Assembly (NCBI GenBank): GCA_043757045.1
Contig: JAYVQC010000168.1
Span: 1-59,101 of the forward strand
Reading direction: 5' to 3'
DNA from: Akkermansia sp.
Lineage (GTDB): Bacteria; Verrucomicrobiota; Verrucomicrobiia; Limisphaerales; SIBH01
DNA length: 59,101 nt
Positions within the stretch are counted from its first letter, which is position 1. The number at the start of each line of letters is the position of its first letter. Both the position numbers and the translations under genes were made by a program. Under the pieces are notes generated by a model. That model was not told where the DNA came from and searched no databases. It worked only from the letters and a program-made list of their open reading frames with translations. This document shows positions 7,788 to 16,356 of the stretch, piece after piece.

Positions 7788-8708
7788 ATGCAAAGAAGAA
7801 TTCTCGGAACGGTTTGGATGACGATTTGCGCGGGCCTCTTGTTCGCGGCATCGGCCCGCGCGGTCGGGCCGGAGGTGCGGGACAGCGCCGGGCTGTTCTC
7901 ACCCGCCGCCGTGCAGCAGGTGGATGCGGCGATCCAGAAAATCCAGAAGGAGCTGGGCAAGGAACTGCTCATCGAAACGTTCGCGGGCGTGCCCGAGAAC
8001 CGGAAGGCGGATTACACCCGCAGCCGTGAGGAGTTCTTCACGAGCTTTGTGCGCGAGCGGGCGCAGGCCGCGCGGCTGAACGGCATTTACCTGTTGGTGA
8101 TGAAGGAGGAGCCACCGCATCGGATGCGCATCCAGGTGGGTCTCGGCGAGGTCACACGGCAACGGGCGTTTCTCGCGAGCGACCGTGATCAACTCGTGCG
8201 CATCCTGCAAGCGAGCTTTCGCGAGAACAAGTATGACGAGGGTTTAACTTCGGCGGTGGCGTTCGTGGAGCGCACGGTGCGGGGCCACTTGAGTAGCGGA
8301 ACGCCGAGTGGTGTCACGCGCTCCGCGCCGCCGGTTGCGGCGACTGGGCCTTCTTCTGGGCAGCCGAACTTGATCAAGTGGGCCTTCATCATCGGCGGCG
8401 TGCTGGTGGCGGTGTTCCTCGTGCGGATGTTGAGCGGTGGAATGGGTGGCGGCGGTGGCGGGTTAGGAGGCGCGGGCGGATTCGGTGGTGGTGGTGGCGG
8501 TGGATTTTTCTCCAGCCTGCTCGGCGGCATCGGCGGCGCGATGGCGGGGAGCTGGCTCTACGACCGTTTCACCGGCGACAACGCGCGCTCGCACGATTCC
8601 AGCTCCAGCGTGAACGATACGCCTTCCGACGTGGGCGGTGACTACAGCAGTTCCGGTGGCGGCGATGTCGGCGGCGGAGACTTCGGCGGTGGCGGCGGGG
8701 ATGTTTGA
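7788..8708 (+). CDS. TPM-domain (TLP18.3/Psb32/MOLO-1 family) protein with a TM helix and a Gly-rich tail
   Basis: ORF 7752..8708 starts at TTG. ATG 7788 gives MQRRILGTVWMTICAGLLFAASARA (signal peptide). TPM-like core: VRDSAGLFSPAAVQQVDAAIQKIQKELGKELLIETF ... IYLLVMKE ... RIQVGLGEV. TM helix WAFIIGGVLVAVFLV, then poly-Gly. Confidence 0.7.
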   Translation: MQRRILGTVWMTICAGLLFAASARAVGPEVRDSAGLFSPAAVQQVDAAIQKIQKELGKELLIETFAGVPENRKADYTRSREEFFTSFVRERAQAARLNGIYLLVMKEEPPHRMRIQVGLGEVTRQRAFLASDRDQLVRILQASFRENKYDEGLTSAVAFVERTVRGHLSSGTPSGVTRSAPPVAATGPSSGQPNLIKWAFIIGGVLVAVFLVRMLSGGMGGGGGGLGGAGGFGGGGGGGFFSSLLGGIGGAMAGSWLYDRFTGDNARSHDSSSSVNDTPSDVGGDYSSSGGGDVGGGDFGGGGGDV

Positions 8709-8719
8709 AAACGCGGGCG

Positions 8720-9064
8720 TCAGGGATTCTGGCGAAGACGGGTGTTCTTGATGCTCTCGCGTGACTTCTCGGCCGACGGCGGAAACGGCTTGCCGCAAAT
8801 AACGTCTCGACCGAGCGGCGCGTAATCCCACAAGTCCGGTTCCGCCCCGAGGTAGTAATGCCGCGTGCGCGCCGCGTCCGGAATTTTGCCGAAGAACTTC
8901 CCGCCTACATCGCCCATCTTCGCCGTCACCGTGGCGGTGATTTGCGCGGGCGGGCCGTCGTTGAGATCCGCCCGGCCCGTCGTCGCCGCGAGCAGCCACG
9001 CCACCGCCCCGACCGCAGCGGAAGCCAGCGGCCCGGCGAAGTTCATTTTGTCACGGCTGAACAT
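8720..9064 (-). CDS. Small exported protein resembling only the first ~60 residues of a multicopper-oxidase-type cupredoxin domain; possible gene remnant
   Basis: ATG at 9064 (MFSRDKMNFAGPLASAAVGAVAWLLAA) or 9046. TRHYYLGAEPDLWDYAPLGRDVICGKPFP resembles the yYi.AeE..WdYaP opening of ceruloplasmin-like multicopper oxidases. The ORF stops ~25 residues later. Confidence 0.4.
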   Translation of the reverse strand: MFSRDKMNFAGPLASAAVGAVAWLLAATTGRADLNDGPPAQITATVTAKMGDVGGKFFGKIPDAARTRHYYLGAEPDLWDYAPLGRDVICGKPFPPSAEKSRESIKNTRLRQNP

Positions 9065-9331
9065 GAGTTTTCGTGGATGGAAAAATGTGGCTGGGTCTGA
9101 CGGCAGGGACGAGCAAATGTTCAGTGGAGAAGAGTTGGTGTGGCGACTTAGCACATCAATTTTGCAAGGCAGGATTTGGAAATTCCTGCTCGACACCGTG
9201 CAACCACTGGTCATTGATTCTCCCGTCCGCTGAAACTCGGTATGCAATAACAAATCTAATCACAAACCATTTGCGGCTTCGGCTGCTGTCCAACACGAAA
9301 CTGGTAATTTCCACTCAAGGACACGCAACGA

Positions 9332-9414
9332 GGCACGCCCACATCGGGCGTGCCCCAAAGCGTTCCTTGAGGGCATACCAGTGCCTGTGTTGGGGCGTGA
9401 GTAGGTCACGCCCC
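9332..9414 (+). promoter_or_regulatory. Two related GC-rich hairpins in the 5' leader of the 9454 gene
   Basis: Hairpin 1: ggcacgccc/acatc/gggcgtgcc (9332-9354). Hairpin 2: ggggcgtga/gtagg/tcacgcccc (9392-9414). Each has a 9-bp stem and a 5-nt loop. The arms share cacgccc/gggcgtg, so cross-pairing between the hairpins is possible. Confidence 0.35.
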
Positions 9415-9453
9415 TGCCGTTTCTGGAACCGCAAAGCAAACACCAAGGAAAAC

Positions 9454-10971
9454 ATGAAAACAAAGTTCATTACCATCGCCGCAAGTCTGCTGTTCGCCGT
9501 TCAAGCACTGGCCGTTCACGTCACTATTTCAGTCCAAGGGAGCAACATCGTGTTGCGATGGCCCAGCCGGACCAACGAAGTTTTTGTCATTGGCTATCGC
9601 ACCGCGCTGGATCCGACGCACCCGTGGACATTGTTGAGCACAAATTATCTGGCAAGCATGGGCGGCCAAACCACGTACGTCGTCACGAATGTAGTGCCGT
9701 TGCAAAGTTTCAGTGGCGGTGGCAGCGGCGGGGCCGGTGGCCCGCCCGGCTTCAACTCTGCCGCAAGCAGCGGTGGGGGCACGACCGCTAGAAGTTCCGA
9801 CATGGCCGCACGCGCGGCGGCGGCGCAAGAACGCATGGAGAAAGATTTGAAAATCATCATGCCGCCGCCGATGCAAGCGACCAAAAGCCGTGATTTCCAA
9901 CGGAGGGGGGCCAACGCGGCGAGCAGTGTGGCTTTGACTGATGGTCAAACAACAAGTCAACCGTCCAGTTCTGTCACCGCCAGTTCTGTCACCCAAGGGT
10001 TCTTCATGGTGAGTGAGTTGGGGGAAGACGCGGATGCTGATGGATTGCCCACCGATCTCGAACTGGCAATGGCCCTGAGTCCGTTCACCTTCGACGCAAA
10101 TGGAAATGGCGTGGACGATGGACACGAAGATTACGATGGAGACGGAATAGCCAACGCAGACGAACTCGTTGCGGGTTCTGATCCGTTGGTGGCCGATAAT
10201 TTCGTGGCGCATTTGTATCTGACCTCGGGTTACGCAATTCGAGATGAATTCACGGCCCCCGGCCCGATCACGCCGCCGGGTTTTGCTTCCTTAGCTCCGC
10301 CAGTTAGCGCGCAATTAGCGGCTTATGGTAACGACGACGACGGAATTGCTGGCATGTTTGCCCGTGTCCAAGCAGCGGACGGCACCATTCAAATGTATTT
10401 CTACTCCGTTTTCGTCGAAGGCAGCTTTTTTCTGAACGGTGGCCCTGTTGCTGCGAATGAGAGCGGGCTTTTCGGTCTCACCCCCAGTGAATTGCAGCAA
10501 CTTGGCCCGGGCTACGGTCCCGGCACACGTTCACGGAACGGCTTCTACAGCACGCCCAACCTAAGCAAACTTCAGCAGGTCCCGACACAGACGTTGCAAA
10601 AGGCTGAACAATTGCACGCTTACCGGGCGAAACAATTTTGGATTCAAGCCAACAGCCCGAACATCAGTGCCGTAACCAGACGCATCAAGATTGATCAGGT
10701 AGATACACAAGTGAGCCGCCTAAACGCGGTGCGGCGCGCGCAGGGGCGCGCTGGTCAGGCGCTTCTTCCGCTTTCCATCATCGGTGGCGTCATGGTCGCC
10801 GTGGACATCTATGGTTCACAACAGCAGTTGATCGATGCGGCCAGGGCTTATCACTCGGCGGCGGCGAGTGGAGATGACGTTTGCGACCCGGCACTGGACG
10901 TTGCGATTTGGGGGCAGACGGTTGCTCCGCCCTCTGGAAACTGGATGTACGCCTACCTATGCCCGAACTGA
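9454..10971 (+). CDS. Secreted protein with thrombospondin-type-3-like Asp-rich Ca-binding repeats and a C-terminal TM segment; function unknown
   Basis: ORF 9073..10971. ATG 9454 gives MKTKFITIAASLLFAVQALA (signal peptide). Contains a Gly-rich linker, DADADGLPTDLE ... DANGNGVDDGHEDYDGDGIANADELVAGSDP, and a hydrophobic segment ALLPLSIIGGVMVAVDIYG near the C-terminus. GC content is visibly lower than in the flanks. Confidence 0.6.
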   Translation: MKTKFITIAASLLFAVQALAVHVTISVQGSNIVLRWPSRTNEVFVIGYRTALDPTHPWTLLSTNYLASMGGQTTYVVTNVVPLQSFSGGGSGGAGGPPGFNSAASSGGGTTARSSDMAARAAAAQERMEKDLKIIMPPPMQATKSRDFQRRGANAASSVALTDGQTTSQPSSSVTASSVTQGFFMVSELGEDADADGLPTDLELAMALSPFTFDANGNGVDDGHEDYDGDGIANADELVAGSDPLVADNFVAHLYLTSGYAIRDEFTAPGPITPPGFASLAPPVSAQLAAYGNDDDGIAGMFARVQAADGTIQMYFYSVFVEGSFFLNGGPVAANESGLFGLTPSELQQLGPGYGPGTRSRNGFYSTPNLSKLQQVPTQTLQKAEQLHAYRAKQFWIQANSPNISAVTRRIKIDQVDTQVSRLNAVRRAQGRAGQALLPLSIIGGVMVAVDIYGSQQQLIDAARAYHSAAASGDDVCDPALDVAIWGQTVAPPSGNWMYAYLCPN

Positions 10972-11435
10972 AAGAATACTTTGTACTGTTTCGGAGCGAG
11001 GGGGTGATCCGGGCTGCGATCATCCCTTCGCTTCCGAGTGCTTTTACTTTCGGGGGCCAGCGGTTCAATCCCTCGGAGCGATCCTTTCTTCACTTCAACT
11101 GTTTGGTTCGAGCAGATCGAACTTTGGTCGGCTTTCAATTTCCCTCTGCGGATGAGGTGGGCGATCCGTTCCTCGTCAGCCGGTTTGCCAACGAATCAGC
11201 CAACGTCAAATTGCGGGGAGCGCATCAATCTGATTACACGTTTGCCGAACTGGATATTTGGCTGGGCGAGGAGAAGGGCGCGGACAGCGACGGCTGCTTG
11301 TGCCTCGGCACTTTCATGTTCGAGTCTGCCGACCACGACTACATCATCGTTGTTCCTTGCAATTGCCAATACTGGTGGTCGGAACTTGGTTTCAAGCCAA
11401 CCATTGTCACTCAAACTCCACAAGCCATTGCCTGA
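10959..11435 (+). CDS. Small cytoplasmic hypothetical protein, translationally coupled to the upstream secreted protein
   Basis: ATG 10959 (MPELKEYFVLF...) overlaps the last 13 nt of the upstream CDS. 158 aa, with no signal peptide or TM helix and no recognisable motif. Confidence 0.5.
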   Translation: MPELKEYFVLFRSEGVIRAAIIPSLPSAFTFGGQRFNPSERSFLHFNCLVRADRTLVGFQFPSADEVGDPFLVSRFANESANVKLRGAHQSDYTFAELDIWLGEEKGADSDGCLCLGTFMFESADHDYIIVVPCNCQYWWSELGFKPTIVTQTPQAIA

Positions 11436-11571
11436 TGAGCCATCGCACTGCGGTGTCGCTTTGTGGTGTTGCCCATTTTACGCGCGGGCAAGAGTAGAAA
11501 TTGGAGAAAACTAGCGCCCGCCGAGTTGTCTGCTTGTCAGCCCTAGGTCGGCTCCTACACTCCGCGCGCTC

Positions 11572-13602
11572 ATGGTCAATCTCAGCTCGTTAAACCCGCA
11601 GCAGCGCGTCGCCGCCGAGACGGTGCGCGGGCCGGTGCTCATCCTGGCCGGCGCGGGCACGGGCAAGACGCGGGTGATTACTTTCCGCATCGCGCACATG
11701 GTGGATCGCGGGATCAAGCCGGGGAACATTCTCGCGGTCACGTTCACGAACAAGGCGGCGCGCGAGATGAAGGAGCGCGTGACCAAGCTGCTGCCGCGCA
11801 CGCGCAAAGATGACGAGGGCGAGGCGGACAAGCCGACCATTTCCACGTTTCACTCGCTCTGCATGAGGATTCTGCGCCAGCACATCGAGGTGCTCGGCTA
11901 CAAAAAGAGTTTCGTCATCTACGACGAGGCGGAGCAGCTCGGGGCGATCAAGAAAATCCTCAGCCACATTTCCGCGAAGGGCGAGAAGACGGACCCGAAG
12001 GTGATTCACTCGCTGATCAGCCGTTACAAGAACGGCGGCTTGAACCCGAAGATGGTGGACGAAAGTGCCATCGCCATGGCGCAGCATATCTCGCGGCGTT
12101 ACGACAGCGCGCTCAAGGCCTGCAACGCGGTGGACTTTGATGACCTGCTGTTGCTCACGCTGAAACTATTTCGCGAACATCCCGCCGTGCTCGAAGCCTG
12201 TCGCGCGAAGTATCGTTACGTGATGGTGGACGAGTATCAGGACACGAACGCCGCGCAGTTCGAGCTGGTGAACACGCTGTGCAAGGAGCATCGCAACCTC
12301 TGCGTGGTGGGCGATGACGACCAAAGCATCTACGGCTGGCGCGGCGCGGAGATCGCCAACCTGCTCGACCTCGAAAAGCATTTCCCCGAGGTGAAGGTCG
12401 TGAAGCTGGAGCAGAACTATCGCTCCACGAACATCATTCTCAACGCGGCCAACGCCGTGATCAAAAACAACGTGCAGCGGCGCGGCAAACAACTGTGGTC
12501 GGCGAAGGGCGACGGGAATCGCATCACGCTGAACACCTTCGAGACGGACGAGGACGAGGCGCGCACGGTGGTGGAGGAGATTGAATTCCTGCGCATGGCC
12601 AAGCGCGTGCCGTGGAAGGAGTGCGCGATTCTCTTCCGCACGAACATTCAATCCACGCCGCTGGAAATTGCGCTGCGCAAGGCGGGCGTGCGCTACAACC
12701 TGATCGGCGGGCAGAGCATTTTCGACCGGCGCGAAATTCGCGACACGTTGGCCTACCTGAAGACGTTCGTGAATCCGCACGACGACATCAGCCTGCTGCG
12801 CATCGCGAACGTGCCCGCGCGCGGCCTGAGCGACGTGACGATGGAGCGGTTGCTCGGCGCGAGCCAGGAGCGGAACTGCTCGGTCTTCAGCGCCATGCGG
12901 CACACGGACGTGCAGGCGATGTTCACGACGAAGACGCGGGAAGCGATTGGCGAGTTTGTGATGTTCATCGAGGAGACGCGCGCGCCGATTGACGGCACGG
13001 ACGCGACGGTGCGCCCCGCGTCACTCACGCAATGGGCGGAGAAGTTTCTCGCGGGCACGGGTTACATTGATGACCTGCGGCGCGGCGAGAAGAACATCGA
13101 GACGGCGGACAATCGCGTGCGAAACATCAAGGATCTGCTGGCGCGGCTCGATCAAACCGGCAGCGGGCCGTGCGGTGAGCGCATCAGCGACTTCCTCGAA
13201 GAGTTGACGCTGGACGCGGATCGCAAAGAGGAGCGCGAAGCGGAGCAGGACGCGGTGACGCTGATCACGATGCACAGTTGCAAGGGGCTGGAGTTCCCGA
13301 ACGTCTTCATCGTGGGACTTGAAGATGGTTTGCTGCCGCACTCGCGCTCGAAGGTGGAAGGCACGCTGGACGAGGAGCGCCGCCTGTTCTACGTGGCCAT
13401 CACGCGCGCGATGTTGACGCTCACGATGAGCCATTGCCAGACGCGCAAGAAATACGGGCAGGCCATGCCGTGTCATCCGTCGGGATTCTTGCAGGAGATT
13501 CCCGAGGAGTTCATCGAGCGCGGGGATGAGAAGGCGAAGGCACCGGTGGCGGCGGCGGAGGGCAAAAGTATTTTCGCGGCGCTGCGGGAGTCGTTGGGGT
13601 AG
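11572..13602 (+). CDS. uvrD: UvrD/PcrA/Rep-family ATP-dependent DNA helicase
   Basis: 676 aa. Motif I LAGAGTGKT, motif II MVDEYQDTN, motif V/VI TMHSCKGLEF and ERRLFYVAITRA. Typical N-terminus LNPQQRVAAE. Confidence 0.92.
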   Translation: MVNLSSLNPQQRVAAETVRGPVLILAGAGTGKTRVITFRIAHMVDRGIKPGNILAVTFTNKAAREMKERVTKLLPRTRKDDEGEADKPTISTFHSLCMRILRQHIEVLGYKKSFVIYDEAEQLGAIKKILSHISAKGEKTDPKVIHSLISRYKNGGLNPKMVDESAIAMAQHISRRYDSALKACNAVDFDDLLLLTLKLFREHPAVLEACRAKYRYVMVDEYQDTNAAQFELVNTLCKEHRNLCVVGDDDQSIYGWRGAEIANLLDLEKHFPEVKVVKLEQNYRSTNIILNAANAVIKNNVQRRGKQLWSAKGDGNRITLNTFETDEDEARTVVEEIEFLRMAKRVPWKECAILFRTNIQSTPLEIALRKAGVRYNLIGGQSIFDRREIRDTLAYLKTFVNPHDDISLLRIANVPARGLSDVTMERLLGASQERNCSVFSAMRHTDVQAMFTTKTREAIGEFVMFIEETRAPIDGTDATVRPASLTQWAEKFLAGTGYIDDLRRGEKNIETADNRVRNIKDLLARLDQTGSGPCGERISDFLEELTLDADRKEEREAEQDAVTLITMHSCKGLEFPNVFIVGLEDGLLPHSRSKVEGTLDEERRLFYVAITRAMLTLTMSHCQTRKKYGQAMPCHPSGFLQEIPEEFIERGDEKAKAPVAAAEGKSIFAALRESLG

Positions 13603-13605
13603 GAG

Positions 13606-13965
13606 TCAGTTTTCTGGAAGCCTTCGCAAGCGAACGGCGAAATCCTCCACCACGCTGAAATGGCCCGCCCAATCGTCCCGCGAGGCCAGCACGGCGGTGA
13701 CGCGTTCCGCCACGACGGCCGCAGACGGCTGCGAGATGCGAAACAAGATCACGCCTAGCGATGCCTTGGCCCCGCGCCGGAAGACCAGTTCGCCAAAATC
13801 CTTGTCGAACGTGATGAGCAGACGGCTTTGGGAGGCGGCCCGGACGAGCACCTCGTGGTCCGGACTGCCCGGGGCGGCTTCACGAATCCACAAGACATCA
13901 TGGCCGTTTTGCCGCAGGCGGAGAACGCATTCTTGCGGGATGTTTTCGTTGGCGCAGAACCGCAT
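13606..13965 (-). CDS. DUF5615-family PIN-like putative toxin
   Basis: 119 aa. MRFCANENIPQECVLRLRQNGHDVLWIRE ... LLITFDKDFGELVF matches the DUF5615 pattern. Lies 9 nt downstream of a DUF433 gene. Confidence 0.75.
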   Translation of the reverse strand: MRFCANENIPQECVLRLRQNGHDVLWIREAAPGSPDHEVLVRAASQSRLLITFDKDFGELVFRRGAKASLGVILFRISQPSAAVVAERVTAVLASRDDWAGHFSVVEDFAVRLRRLPEN

Positions 13966-13974
13966 GGCGATGTT

Positions 13975-14202
13975 TCAGCCGGCCACGGTGAAAACTTTTT
14001 CCTCGCTCATGCGCTCTTGGGCGCAGGCGGCGCAGGCGCGAATCTGTTCGCTGGTCAGCAGGTAGTTGCGCGCGATTTCCTGCTCCGACCAGCCCTGTGC
14101 GATGAGGCCAAGGATAAATTCCACGGCCAGCCGCGTGCCGCGCACGACGGGCTTGCCCACGAGGACGGCGGGGTCGGCGGTGATGTGCTCTTGCCAGTTC
14201 AT
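13975..14202 (-). CDS. DUF433-family putative antitoxin
   Basis: 75 aa. DPAVLVGKPVVRGTRLAVEFILGLIAQGWSEQEIARNY matches the DUF433 pattern. Confidence 0.75.
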   Translation of the reverse strand: MNWQEHITADPAVLVGKPVVRGTRLAVEFILGLIAQGWSEQEIARNYLLTSEQIRACAACAQERMSEEKVFTVAG

Positions 14203-14293
14203 ACTGGCTGCGAAGCTACCCTTCTGCCGACGGATTGTCCCCAGCTTTTTGCAGTGACGTGTCCACCACGAACATTTCTACTCGGCGCACCAC

Positions 14294-15511
14294 ATGAGCC
14301 AGACCATCGAATATCTGCAATCGGACTCCGCCGAAGCCGGCATTGAAATCGGGTTACTCGTCAACTACCTCCTCTACGATTCCATCAAGGCCGGCGCGAG
14401 CGACATCCACATTGAGCCGTGGGAGAGCACGCTGGTGGTCCGCATCCGCCTGAGCGGCGTGCTCACGGAGTTGGTTCATCTTCCGCTGGAGCTGATGGAG
14501 AAAATTTCCGGGCGCTTCAAAGTGATGGCTGACCTCGTGAGCTATGAGAAAGGTCTGCCGCAGGAAGGCCACGCCTCCGCCGGGCCGGAACTCGGCGGCG
14601 TCGAGCTGCGCATCTCCGTCTTCCCCACCGTGCGCGGAGAGAAGATCGTGGTGCGCCTCTTCGACCCGAGCAATCGCAGTTTCGATCTCGCGGCGCTCGG
14701 TTTCGATGAGGAGACGCAGCGCACGTTTCTCAAACTGCTTTCGCGTCCGAGCGGTTTGATTCTGCTCACCGGCCCGACGGGTTCCGGCAAGACCACGGCG
14801 ATTTATTCCGCGCTTTATCACATCGTGCAGCGCTCGGGCGTGACCATGAGCATCGCCACCGTGGAAGACCCGGTGGAATTCAACCTGCCGATGATCAGCC
14901 AGGCGCAGATCAACACGTCGCAGGAGTTCACGTATCCGAAGGCGTTGCGCTCGCTCATGCGGCAAGACCCGCAGGTGATCATGGTCGGCGAAATCCGCGA
15001 TCCCGAGACGGCGAACATCGCGGTGCAGGCGGGACTCACCGGGCATCTGGTCATCAGCACCATTCACAGCGGCATCGCGGTGGGCGTGTTCGCGCGGCTC
15101 ATCAACATGGACATCGAGCCGTTTCTGCTCGCGTCGAGTCTCATCGGCGTGCTGGGCATCCGGCTCCTGCGCAAGAACTGCACCTACTGCGCGCAGCCGT
15201 ACGAGCCGGAGGCAGGCCTGCTGAAACTGGTGCCGCCCGAGGCGCTGGACACGGCGCAATTCCGCAAAGGCACCGGCTGCAAGGAATGCCTCGACACGGG
15301 CTATCACGGACGCACGGCGATCACGGAACTGCTGGTGGTGGATGAAGTCTTCCGCGACGCCGTGTTGCAAAAATTGCCCACGCGCCAGCTTCAACAAGTC
15401 GCCACGCAACAAGGCATGTTGACCATGTGGCAGAACGGCTTGAACCGCGCGCTCTCGGGGCAGACGACGCTGGAGGAAGTGCTGCGCGTGGTGGCGGTGG
15501 AGCAGGTATAA
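14294..15511 (+). CDS. GspE/PilB-family type II secretion / type IV pilus assembly ATPase (short form without N1/N2 domains)
   Basis: 405 aa. ASDIHIEP, Walker A LLTGPTGSGKTT, Asp box/Walker B MRQDPQVIMVGEIRD, His box GHLVISTIHS, tetracysteine CTYC...CKEC. Confidence 0.9.
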   Translation: MSQTIEYLQSDSAEAGIEIGLLVNYLLYDSIKAGASDIHIEPWESTLVVRIRLSGVLTELVHLPLELMEKISGRFKVMADLVSYEKGLPQEGHASAGPELGGVELRISVFPTVRGEKIVVRLFDPSNRSFDLAALGFDEETQRTFLKLLSRPSGLILLTGPTGSGKTTAIYSALYHIVQRSGVTMSIATVEDPVEFNLPMISQAQINTSQEFTYPKALRSLMRQDPQVIMVGEIRDPETANIAVQAGLTGHLVISTIHSGIAVGVFARLINMDIEPFLLASSLIGVLGIRLLRKNCTYCAQPYEPEAGLLKLVPPEALDTAQFRKGTGCKECLDTGYHGRTAITELLVVDEVFRDAVLQKLPTRQLQQVATQQGMLTMWQNGLNRALSGQTTLEEVLRVVAVEQV

Positions 15512-15553
15512 ATTTGCGGTCAAAGCACGGAACACTTGTTGAACCTTTGGCGT

Positions 15554-15982
15554 ATGGAAAATCCCACACCATCTTCTTTCTTAATCAGTGCGATCGATGC
15601 CGCTTGCCACGCGGCTATCCAAATGAAACGCACTAAGAAAGAACCTTTCACCTGTCTGATTCTTCGCGTTGAACGTGACAAGAAGGACTACGACATCGTA
15701 CCGGTATTTTCCACAAGCTACGAGTTGTCCGTCGAGGCAGCATGCCAGCAGGTTGCCGATTGGTATGACACACTCATGGTTTACGTGATTGTATCGGACG
15801 GCAACGTAACGATGGATGGCGTGTCGTCCGACGCCATTGTGGTCGAGGCGTGCGAAATTGGCCAAGGTGTAAGGTTCCGCCTTGTTCGCCGTTACGACCC
15901 GCCGGGCCTTTTCTCCAAGGCTCGAATGGCTGGGCAGCTTACTTTAGCTGGAGTTGAGCCAGATAAGAATCGCGCGCCCTAA
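15554..15982 (+). CDS. Hypothetical protein
   Basis: ORF 15536..15982 (TTG start), with ATG options at 15554 and 15623. No motif recognised. Lower GC than the neighbours. Begins 24-42 nt after the ATPase gene. Confidence 0.4.
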   Translation: MENPTPSSFLISAIDAACHAAIQMKRTKKEPFTCLILRVERDKKDYDIVPVFSTSYELSVEAACQQVADWYDTLMVYVIVSDGNVTMDGVSSDAIVVEACEIGQGVRFRLVRRYDPPGLFSKARMAGQLTLAGVEPDKNRAP

Positions 15983-16071
15983 CCATGCGACACATCAAAC
16001 GGATGAACTTCTTTTTAATTTTCCTCTCCCTGTGTTGGCACACCGTTGGGTTGAGTGAACGCGCGAGCCGC

Positions 16072-16172
16072 AGGTAGGGCGCGCTTTCCTCAGCGCGACG
16101 GGGGAGGCGAGAGACTGTCTCAGCCGTCACTCCCATTCCGGCGCGACGCGGTGAGGACACCGCGCCCTACCT
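16072..16172. repeat. 12-bp inverted repeat (aggtagggcgcg 16072-16083 / cgcgccctacct 16161-16172) enclosing 77 nt; REP/MITE-like intergenic element
   Basis: Exact reverse-complement arms read directly from the sequence. Located in the 375-nt spacer 15983-16356. Confidence 0.45.
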
Positions 16173-16356
16173 TGGCGTCGCCGTAGTTCGAGATGATCAG
16201 GAACTGTTTCTGGCTCATGCTGCGACGGTAGAAATGGATGTGACTGCGGTGCGAAAGGTGGCGCGCTGCGGAGAACAGCGCGAGCCGTCACGTTTTGGAG
16301 AGGACGAACTTGCGCGGGGGATTGCCTCGCACGGTTGGGCGCGGCAGACTGCGGTT

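Noticed and set aside
7002-7793. N-terminal 264 codons of ORF 6021..7793 (590 aa).
   Set aside because: The recognisable protein starts at the internal ATG 7001 with a clean signal peptide. The upstream part is Arg/Gly/Pro-rich, overlaps the plus-strand DUF5069 gene, and has no coding features.
7504-8029. ORFs 7504..7902 (minus) and 7544..8029 (plus) in the spacer before the TPM gene.
   Set aside because: Their composition is Arg/Pro/Gly-rich. They overlap each other, the inverted-repeat element and the TPM gene start. Neither has a motif.
9073-9453. 5' extensions of track ORFs: 9073..9453, 10881..10958, 24719..24901, 16234..16356, 7752..7787.
   Set aside because: In each case an internal ATG gives a canonical signal peptide or a tight coupling to the upstream stop. 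The extensions overlap neighbouring genes or intergenic hairpins and are compositionally atypical.
11572-13602. The UvrD-like helicase as part of a defence system (Gabija-like or similar), given the nearby TA pair.
   Set aside because: It has the full housekeeping PcrA/UvrD motif set and a typical N-terminus. It has no partner nuclease gene, and the adjacent genes are convergent and unrelated.
15939-16160. 73-aa minus-strand ORF in the 15983-16356 spacer.
   Set aside because: It covers the inverted-repeat element, has no motif or plausible start context, and is more likely non-coding.
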